A program made the translations under genes and the position numbers. This document shows positions 32,877-40,000 of a stretch of DNA of 40,000 bases, in pieces. This stretch comes from an uncultured Clostridia bacterium (lineage in GTDB: Bacteria; Bacillota; Clostridia; TANB77; CAG-508): the NCBI GenBank assembly GCA_944391825.1, contig CALXUZ010000001.1:9296-49295 (forward strand). Direction: 5' to 3'. The notes beneath the pieces were generated by a model that had not been told where the DNA came from, made no database searches, and was given only the letters and a program-made list of their open reading frames with translations. Within the stretch, counting starts at the first letter, position 1. Each line of letters opens with the position of its first letter.

Positions 32877-33488
32877 TTAGTCTAACATAACTGTATCATC
32901 TTTTATGTACGCATAAGTCTTTAACTCTTCCTTGACCTCTGCCCTTTCTATTTCCTTTACAATGTTTGCTATACGAATTTGTGGCGATTCTATAGAAGCT
33001 GCAGCAATTATTGCTTCTTTATTTCCCTTTGCTCCTGCATGTGCCATACCTCTTAAAATACCAAGTACAACAATGTTCTCACCTGCTAACACTTCTGCAC
33101 CTGCATTTACATCACCTAAAATTACTAAGCTACCTTCATATTCAATTTTTTGCCCAGAACGTAATGAACCCCTATGAAATTGAGTTTCTGAAGTTGCTAT
33201 ATCCTTATTAAATGTCTTTTTAATTCCATGTAAGCCTAAAATTCTTGGGCTATCAAATTCTATCTCTACTTGTATTGTCCCTTGTATAACTTCTTTTATT
33301 TGGTCCATTTCATCATTTTTAATTATTTTGCCTGTAATTAAAATAGGTGTTGTATCATTTTTATACAATTTTTTTAATTCTGGAAGTTTCTTTTTTAAAT
33401 CCTTTAATATTTCTTCTTGCGTAGCCTCTTCATTAATTTTAATCATTACACTGTCTTTTTTTGTTTGAATAGTAATACAATTTTTCAT
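32877..33488 (-). CDS. minC: Septum site-determining protein MinC
   Basis: 203 aa with the C-terminal beta-helix signature GSLRSGQKIEYEGSLVILGDVNAGAEVLAGENIVVLGILRGMAHAG. Confidence 0.85.
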   Translation of the reverse strand: MKNCITIQTKKDSVMIKINEEATQEEILKDLKKKLPELKKLYKNDTTPILITGKIIKNDEMDQIKEVIQGTIQVEIEFDSPRILGLHGIKKTFNKDIATSETQFHRGSLRSGQKIEYEGSLVILGDVNAGAEVLAGENIVVLGILRGMAHAGAKGNKEAIIAAASIESPQIRIANIVKEIERAEVKEELKTYAYIKDDTVMLD

Positions 33489-33505
33489 TTTTTATACTTC
33501 CTTTC

Positions 33506-35608
33506 TTAGTTATTTGTTTGTGTACTTGGTATTGCAGTTGTATCTTCATTTAATTTTTTTGAATTCATCCCAAAGTATTTTTGTATAATTTCTTTACCTG
33601 AAGTTGCTACATTTCCACCTGCTCCTGCATTTTCTATAACAACTACCACTGCTATTTCCGGGTCTTCATATGGTGCAAACCCTGCAAACCAGCCATTCAC
33701 CTCATCATCAATACCAGTTTCTGCAGAACCAGTTTTTCCTCCAATATCCATACCTAAATCGTGGAAAACATAGTATGCTGTACCACCAGACTCGCTCGTA
33801 ACCCCTTTCATACCTTTTCTTATGGCATCAAAAGTTTCCTCTTTAATATTTAAGTCTGGTACATTTGCGCTATCATCAATTCCTAATTTTTCATTTACTT
33901 TTTGCTCTATTTCTTCTTTTGATACTGTATTTCCATTTGCATCTGTTACAGATTTTATGATTGATACATCAATTGCTTTTCCGCCATTTGCGATTAGACT
34001 TATATATCTTGCTATTTGAATTGGAGTATAGCTATTATAGCTTTGACCTATTGCAGATGATAATGTTTCACCTAGTTGCCACTCTTCCCCTGTTTGCTCT
34101 TTTTTATATTCTTTTGTTGCTACAATTCCAGGTGATTCTCCAGATAATTCTATTCCAGTTTTTTTGCCCAATCCATATTTATATGCATAATCTGCAATTG
34201 TGTCAATTCCTAATCTATATCCCGCTTCATAAAAATAGTAATTGCATGAATATTTAATTGCTTCTATTATATTGATGTTTCCGTGCCCATAATGCCTATC
34301 TGTATAAATCCAGCAAACTGGATGATGTCCCAATGGATATGGTCCATTATCATTTACCAATGTTGAAGTTGTGAATTTGCCCGTTTCAAGAGCAGCTGTT
34401 GCAACAACCATTTTAAAAGTAGAGCCTGGTGCATATGTGCTTGAAATTGCCCTATTATACAAATTGCTACCTTTTTCATATTCTTTTAGCTTTGCTTCAC
34501 TAATTCCTTCAAAAAATAATTCTGGTTCATAAGTTGGATAACTTGCTAATGCCAAAACCTCGCCAGTTTTTATATTCATTACTACAGCAGCCCCTGCTTT
34601 ACAATCATATTTTGTGTTATCATATGCTCCGCTTGCAATTTCTTTTATATTTTTTTCAAGTGCACTTTCCACTTCTTTTTGCAAATTAGCATCAATTGTT
34701 AAAGCAACATTATCACCTGCTATGGCATCTTGTGCTATTGCTTCTTCTGTTATAGTTCCATCAACTGCCATATCAATTTGCTTCACACCATCTTGCCCTT
34801 TTAAATATTCCTCTAATGTATACTGAATTCCAGACCTTCCTATTACATCATTCATTTTGTATGTTTCTTTGTTCTCGTTATATTCTTGCTCATTAATGCT
34901 TCCAACATAACCTAGCAGATGTGCTGCCAGACTTCCATATGGATATTCAATAACTGGACTTGTTTCTATTGAAGTTCCTGGGAATTTGTCGCTTTGCTCT
35001 TTAATTTGATTTGCGCTTTTCCTACTTATATTTTTAGAAATTGTAATTGATTTAATATTGCTAAATCCACCAATTATAGCCTCATAGCGTACAGTCATTA
35101 TTTTTAAAGCATCTTCATTACTATCAGTATTAATTTCATATCTTTCCTTTAAGATATTAAAAGCTTGCTCTGCTGTAGCATTTTCGTTAATTTCATTATT
35201 TATCTTCCATTCTTTTTGTTCTTCTTCATTTTCCTGTTCAAATTCTATTGGATTTATTTTTAAAGGTAAATTATCTATATACTTGTCCTTATTTTTTTCT
35301 AGTAAATTAATTAAATTTAGAATTGTATTATTTAATGTTTGATTATCTATCTTAGTTTTGAATAGCTCTAAACTAAATCCCATCTCTGTAGTTACCAGTT
35401 TATTTCCACTGCTATCTGTAATATCCCCTCTTGCTGCTTTTATGGCGGATTCTCTTGTTAGCCTTGTATTTGAAGTTTCTAAATATTCTTTTCCATGAAT
35501 GACTTGGAGATTAAATAATTGTGCAAGCAAAATAATACCCACTATAATAACAATAATGGAAAGTATGTTATACCTTATTTTTCCTCCATGACTTTCTCTT
35601 GCTCGCAT
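33506..35608 (-). CDS. Class B penicillin-binding protein (PBP2/MrdA-type transpeptidase)
   Basis: 700 aa with an N-terminal TM. It carries SxxK (STFK), SxN (SCN) and KTG (KTGS), and sits immediately after mreD. Confidence 0.9.
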   Translation of the reverse strand: MRARESHGGKIRYNILSIIVIIVGIILLAQLFNLQVIHGKEYLETSNTRLTRESAIKAARGDITDSSGNKLVTTEMGFSLELFKTKIDNQTLNNTILNLINLLEKNKDKYIDNLPLKINPIEFEQENEEEQKEWKINNEINENATAEQAFNILKERYEINTDSNEDALKIMTVRYEAIIGGFSNIKSITISKNISRKSANQIKEQSDKFPGTSIETSPVIEYPYGSLAAHLLGYVGSINEQEYNENKETYKMNDVIGRSGIQYTLEEYLKGQDGVKQIDMAVDGTITEEAIAQDAIAGDNVALTIDANLQKEVESALEKNIKEIASGAYDNTKYDCKAGAAVVMNIKTGEVLALASYPTYEPELFFEGISEAKLKEYEKGSNLYNRAISSTYAPGSTFKMVVATAALETGKFTTSTLVNDNGPYPLGHHPVCWIYTDRHYGHGNINIIEAIKYSCNYYFYEAGYRLGIDTIADYAYKYGLGKKTGIELSGESPGIVATKEYKKEQTGEEWQLGETLSSAIGQSYNSYTPIQIARYISLIANGGKAIDVSIIKSVTDANGNTVSKEEIEQKVNEKLGIDDSANVPDLNIKEETFDAIRKGMKGVTSESGGTAYYVFHDLGMDIGGKTGSAETGIDDEVNGWFAGFAPYEDPEIAVVVVIENAGAGGNVATSGKEIIQKYFGMNSKKLNEDTTAIPSTQTNN

Positions 35609-35623
35609 TTATTCCTCCAAACT

Positions 35624-36169
35624 TTAAAAATATCTAGTAAGTACTTCTTTTTTCTTAAATAAGCTTTCTACGTAATTTCCAGATTTTTGAATAATTGGAT
35701 ATAATATAATTACAAGTGCAATATTGAAAATAATTTCTAATGCTAATATCTTTAAAAATGGCAATATTTCAATTATAGCCCCCCACCTTATAATCTGAAA
35801 GAAATAAGAACCAATTTCATAAAAAGCTGTACTTCCTATTACCATTAAAATTATAGTAACCCTACTATCTTTTGAAAAATTTTTGTCTAAATATTCACCT
35901 ATTAATCCAACAATCCCAAGCATTATGCCAGAAATTCCAACTGCTTTACCCAGCATTAAATCTAAGTAAATACCAAATATCAAGCCAAATACAAAACCTA
36001 ATTTTCTGCCTATAAAAAGCCCTATGAATAGCACTAATACTATAAACAGATTAGGCATTACTCCAGATATGGTGAACCACGTAAAAAAATTTGCTTGCAA
36101 AAAATATATAATAAAAAATGTCAAAATTAGACATATAATTGTAAGAAATTTTTTCAAACTTTCACCCAC
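35624..36169 (-). CDS. mreD: Rod shape-determining protein MreD
   Basis: Small polytopic membrane protein directly after mreC. The true start may be the TTG at 36157, which follows GAAGGTGGGTG. Confidence 0.75.
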   Translation of the reverse strand: MGESLKKFLTIICLILTFFIIYFLQANFFTWFTISGVMPNLFIVLVLFIGLFIGRKLGFVFGLIFGIYLDLMLGKAVGISGIMLGIVGLIGEYLDKNFSKDSRVTIILMVIGSTAFYEIGSYFFQIIRWGAIIEILPFLKILALEIIFNIALVIILYPIIQKSGNYVESLFKKKEVLTRYF

Positions 36170-36195
36170 CTTCTCTGCTCACTTTTCACATCTTA

Positions 36196-37011
36196 TCAGT
36201 CAATTATTACCAATACCGTCTCGATTTTTTTAAAGTCAACTGCTGTTTCTACATATGCATATCTATCTGTAATATTCTTTGTATTTACAATTTCTTTAAT
36301 TGTTCCAATTGTAATTCCCTTTGGGTATATACCACCAATTCCAGAAGTCTCAACCCTATCATTTTCAAGAACTTTAGCTTCTGTTGGTATATATGTAGCC
36401 TTTAGTGTAGAGGCTTTTTCCAATGTACCTGTAACTATTATTGCATCATCGGAAGTACTCATTGTTGCACTTACAGAACTTGCAGTATCTATAATAGTTT
36501 GAACCTTTGCTGTAGTTTGCGTAGTAGAAATCACATGCCCTACTAGCCCTTGGTCTGCAATAACTGTCATATCAGGCTTAACCCCATCTTTTTCACCAAT
36601 ATTTATCACAATGGTATTATTATAATTTGTAATATCTTTGTTAATAACATATGCTGGGATTGTCTCATATTCATTATATTTATCTTTTAAATTCACATAT
36701 TCTTTTAATGTTTCATTTTCTGCTTTTAATATTTCAAGTTCTCTTAATGATTGCTCAAGCTGACTATTTTTCGTCTTAAGTTCCTCATTTTCCTTCTGTA
36801 AATTGCTGATATCATCAAAAAAACTATTATTTCCTTCCACCTTATTTTTTAAATATGTTAGCCCATTTTGAATTGGCATTACAAGGCTATTAAAGGCATT
36901 TTCTATATAGGACATATTTTTAACATCTATATTAGATAAAATAACTACTAAAATTAAAATAATAATAGTTATAATAATCCCAATAATTCCTGTTTTTTTG
37001 TTTCGGTACAT
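36196..37011 (-). CDS. mreC: Rod shape-determining protein MreC
   Basis: N-terminal TM, a coiled coil (LQKENEELKTKNSQLEQSLRELE), then GLVGHV...TSGIGGIYPKGITIGTI. Confidence 0.85.
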   Translation of the reverse strand: MYRNKKTGIIGIIITIIILILVVILSNIDVKNMSYIENAFNSLVMPIQNGLTYLKNKVEGNNSFFDDISNLQKENEELKTKNSQLEQSLRELEILKAENETLKEYVNLKDKYNEYETIPAYVINKDITNYNNTIVINIGEKDGVKPDMTVIADQGLVGHVISTTQTTAKVQTIIDTASSVSATMSTSDDAIIVTGTLEKASTLKATYIPTEAKVLENDRVETSGIGGIYPKGITIGTIKEIVNTKNITDRYAYVETAVDFKKIETVLVIID

Positions 37012-37031
37012 TAAAATTCTCCCTTTTTAAT

Positions 37032-38060
37032 TTATCTCCTTCTAGAGTTTATTAAAACATCCCTTAATTTTTCCAAATCTTCCAATGTTTTTTCTGCACC
37101 CCTTGCTACGCACTCTAGTGGATTTTCAGCAATATATACCGGCATTTCAGTCTCCTGTGCTAGCAATGTATCAATTCCTTGAATTAGTGCCCCACCTCCA
37201 GATAAAACAATTCCTCTTTCCATGATATCAGAGGCAAGCTCTGGTGGCGTTTTTTCTAAAGTTTGCTTAACAATATCTACAATCTTTTGAACGGATTCGT
37301 TCATTGCCATGTACACTTGTGTAGAAGTTATTGTTAATGTTTGTGGGTATCCAGTAAGTAAATCCCTACCACTAATTTGCATACTAGTTTCTGTTACTGG
37401 CAAAATTGCACAACCTATTTGCTTTTTTATTTGCTCTGCAGTAGTTTCACCTATGGCAAGGTTCATTTCCCTTTTTACATAGTTTATGATGTCTTCATCA
37501 ATTTCATCACCTGCTATTCTTAAAGAATTACTTACAACAATTCCACCTAGTGAAATAACAGCAACTTCTGTAGTTCCACCACCAATATCAACTATTATAT
37601 TTCCACTTGGTTCAGAAACCTCTAAATTTGCACCTATTGCAGCTGCCATTGGTTCTTCTATTAAATACACCTCTTTAGCTCCTGCTTGCATCACAGATTC
37701 TTCCACAGCCCTTTCTTCAACCTCTGTAATTCCAGATGGCACACCAACCACAACTCTAGGCTTACCTGCATTATACCTTTGGCAAACCCTCTGTAGCATA
37801 CTTTTAAGCATTATTTGAGTTGCAGTATAATCTGCAATTACACCATCTTGTAATGGTCTAATAGCCTTTATATCTTTAGGTGTTCTTCCTAGCATTTCCT
37901 TTGCTTCTGAGCCAGTTGCCAAAATTCCACCTGTTTTTTTGTCAATTGCAACAACAGAAGGTTCATTTAACACAATACCTTTTCCTTTAAGTGTTATAAT
38001 AATATTTGCTGTTCCTAAATCCACACCAATATCTTTTGTATTAAAACCTAAAAACCCCAT
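37032..38060 (-). CDS. mreB: Rod shape-determining protein MreB
   Basis: The ATG at 38060 follows GAGGAAAGGAA and gives MGFLGFNTKDIGVDLGTANIII..., the canonical actin-like N-terminus. The longer track ORF (to 38144) would overlap radC. Confidence 0.9.
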   Translation of the reverse strand: MGFLGFNTKDIGVDLGTANIIITLKGKGIVLNEPSVVAIDKKTGGILATGSEAKEMLGRTPKDIKAIRPLQDGVIADYTATQIMLKSMLQRVCQRYNAGKPRVVVGVPSGITEVEERAVEESVMQAGAKEVYLIEEPMAAAIGANLEVSEPSGNIIVDIGGGTTEVAVISLGGIVVSNSLRIAGDEIDEDIINYVKREMNLAIGETTAEQIKKQIGCAILPVTETSMQISGRDLLTGYPQTLTITSTQVYMAMNESVQKIVDIVKQTLEKTPPELASDIMERGIVLSGGGALIQGIDTLLAQETEMPVYIAENPLECVARGAEKTLEDLEKLRDVLINSRRR

Positions 38061-38091
38061 TTTAAAAATTCCTTTCCTCGTACTTATACCT

Positions 38092-38799
38092 CTAACTTCT
38101 AGAATATAAACACGATTTAATACTTGTATATTGATTATACCCAATTACAATATGATCTAGTAATAAAACTCCTAAAATTTCAGCTGCTTTTTCTAACCTC
38201 TTTGTAAAAGTAATATCTTCAATGCTTGGCTTTGCATCCCCACTTGGATGATTATGAATAACAATAATTTTAGGTGCACCAATTTTTACTGCTTCCATTA
38301 ATATATCTTTTGTATTTACTTGTACCGAGCTAGTTCCTCCTTGTGATATATTTTGTATTTTAAGGATAACATTTTGAGAATTCATAATTACTACTTTCAC
38401 TATTTCCCTTTTTTCTGTTTTTAATTCATCCATAAATAAATTTGCAATATCTTCTGGTGTTTTAATTTTTATTTTTATTTCTTTAATTGGTTTTGAAATA
38501 CGCTTTGCCAATTCACAAGTAGCTTTTAATTGAATAGCTTTCACCTTTCCTATTCCTTTAATTTTCATAAACTCCTCTATTGACAACTCCTGCAAAAACT
38601 TTAAATTATCTTCTTTGCAATTTTTACTTTTACCTAGTGAAAGTATTTTTTGTGCCAGAGTAACTGAACTTTCATCCTTTGTTCCACTCTTAATAATTAT
38701 CGCTAGTAACTCTGCATTAGATAATGTATTTGCACCATACATTTCTAGTTTTTCGTAAGGTCTTTCTGAAATAGGGAGTTCTTTCATTTTAACTGACAT
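38092..38799 (-). CDS. radC: RadC-like JAB-domain protein
   Basis: It contains ELPISERPYEKL, a helix-hairpin-helix-like GIGKVKAIQL and the JAB motif HNHPSGD. The ATG at 38799 lies 9 nt after GAAAGGA, whereas the track starts at a TTG at 38808. Confidence 0.85.
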   Translation of the reverse strand: MSVKMKELPISERPYEKLEMYGANTLSNAELLAIIIKSGTKDESSVTLAQKILSLGKSKNCKEDNLKFLQELSIEEFMKIKGIGKVKAIQLKATCELAKRISKPIKEIKIKIKTPEDIANLFMDELKTEKREIVKVVIMNSQNVILKIQNISQGGTSSVQVNTKDILMEAVKIGAPKIIVIHNHPSGDAKPSIEDITFTKRLEKAAEILGVLLLDHIVIGYNQYTSIKSCLYSRS

Positions 38800-38864
38800 A
38801 AAAATCAATCCTTTCTATTTAAAATTGCCCCCTATTAAATTTTTGAATTAAATATATAAGATAG

Positions 38865-39122
38865 TTAAATTTTCTTATAAACAAATATTGCTAAAACAAT
38901 TCCTAATATACTTGCTATATTTATTTTAAACATTAATGCAAATGTAACTTTAATTACATTTAAATCTAGTTCTATTGGTGAGGTTAATCCAAATTCTTCT
39001 CCATATGATAGCCATGATAAAAAGCTAACATTTGAAGCTAATTCACCAAGTAATCCCCCTACCACTATTCCAGATAATATAAATAAAATTAAAATCCATA
39101 TACTTTTTTCTCTAACTGCCAT
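38865..39122 (-). CDS. DUF4321-like small membrane protein
   Basis: The ATG at 39122 follows GGAGGAGG, and the track's first six codons are that RBS read as coding sequence. The protein has two hydrophobic segments and sits upstream of radC-mreB, as is common in Clostridia (from memory). Confidence 0.65.
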   Translation of the reverse strand: MAVREKSIWILILFILSGIVVGGLLGELASNVSFLSWLSYGEEFGLTSPIELDLNVIKVTFALMFKINIASILGIVLAIFVYKKI

Positions 39123-39496
39123 CTTTAGTTCCTCCTCCAAAATTCTTATCTAAATACTCTTTGTAAATTTTTAATTCAAATTTCTAGTTTCTATCTTACA
39201 TTAATTTTTTATTAAAGTAAATAGTTTTTTATTAATTTTAAGATAAAAAAGCACATAAATACAAGTATGATACCATCATTTTTATAAAATTACTACAATT
39301 ATATAATGAGATTTTAAATTATGTAATGATATAAAATTTAATTTTATATTTATTTTTTCAAAACTATTCACTTTTTATTTTAATTGTGCTATATTATGAA
39401 TACAAAATCTACAATTTTCCATAAATTGTTGGTTTCATTTATTAATAAAAAGTAGTATAATATTAGTATCATAGGAAAATATATGGAGGCATTTTA

Positions 39497-40000
39497 ATGA
39501 AATTTGAAAAGCTAAGCGAAAACAAAATAAGAATTACCCTTACAATTCAAGATTTAGCAGAAAAAGAAATTGACTTTCACGTTTTTATGTCTAATTCAAT
39601 TGAATCACAGGATATTTTGCTAGATATGCTTGAACAAGCAAAAAAGGAAACAGGCTTTGACCCAGAAAATTATAATTTAAAAATTGAAGCTTTGGCTATG
39701 GCAGATAAGAGTTTTATTTTTACTATAACAAAAGATATTCCCGAAGAAAAAACAAAAGCCCCAAAGAAAAAATTTGTTGTAAAAAGAAAAACTTTAAGTC
39801 CATCATCAACTCAAGCAATTTATTCATTTAATAGTTTTGATGACTATTGCAATTTTCTTCAATTTTTAAAAGATAGTAATTTATTTTATGATGTTAAAGA
39901 AATAGCAGATTCAGTTACACTTTATGAATATAAAGAAAAATATTATTTATTATTAGATTTAATACATAGCGATATTGTTAGCAAATTAAAATTTTATGCA
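39497..40000 (+). CDS. mecA: Adaptor protein MecA (N-terminal part; runs off the window end)
   Basis: My own translation from ATG 39497 (GGAGG 8 nt upstream) gives MKFEKLSENKIRITLTIQDLAEKEIDFHVFMSNSIESQDILLDMLEQAKKETGFD... This matches the characteristic MecA N-terminal pattern. The frame is open to position 40000. Confidence 0.7.
   Translation, partial: MKFEKLSENKIRITLTIQDLAEKEIDFHVFMSNSIESQDILLDMLEQAKKETGFDPENYNLKIEALAMADKSFIFTITKDIPEEKTKAPKKKFVVKRKTLSPSSTQAIYSFNSFDDYCNFLQFLKDSNLFYDVKEIADSVTLYEYKEKYYLLLDLIHSDIVSKLKFYA

Noticed and set aside
38061-38144. N-terminal 28-codon extension of the mreB ORF that overlaps the radC 3' end
   Set aside because: The internal ATG at 38060 has a strong RBS and yields the canonical MreB N-terminus. 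The extension has no RBS and no similarity to MreB.
1-40000. Looked for rRNA, tRNA, CRISPR arrays, transposase, integrase or recombinase genes, toxin-antitoxin pairs and known defence-system genes
   Set aside because: None was recognised. Intergenic regions are short and AT-rich apart from the three repeat copies, and every ORF longer than 150 aa is accounted for by the features listed.

Overview
Strongly AT-rich, low-GC Firmicutes (Clostridia-like) chromosomal segment, transcribed almost entirely from the minus strand. Housekeeping blocks are mecA, then DUF4321-radC-mreB-mreC-mreD-PBP2-minC (32.9-40 kb); spoIIE (18.6-21.1 kb, split into two overlapping frames); and a WG-repeat protein, an unknown 410-aa protein, acpS and tatD. 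The rest of the core is lemA, a DUF348-G5-SleB-like wall hydrolase, exonuclease III, an AI-2E permease, a DUF4143-type AAA ATPase and an OmpR/HisKA two-component pair. Between these blocks lie three giant surface proteins (1276, 1693 and 1704 aa) with C-terminal sortase-type anchors, built from DUF11-like and SdrD-B-like beta-sandwich repeats. Two of them carry N-terminal thioester-domain (TQXA) signatures. I saw no rRNA, tRNA, CRISPR array, transposase, integrase or recognisable defence genes. The most unusual signal is non-coding: a three-copy intergenic element of about 155 bp (5576-5730, 13412-13571, 18391-18542). It has a conserved, comparatively GC-rich core clamped by a 16-17 bp inverted repeat (perfect in copies 1 and 3) whose sequence differs between copies with matched changes on both arms. 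I cannot assign it to a known RNA or mobile-element family from memory. All protein family calls come from motif recognition in the supplied translations, without database searches.
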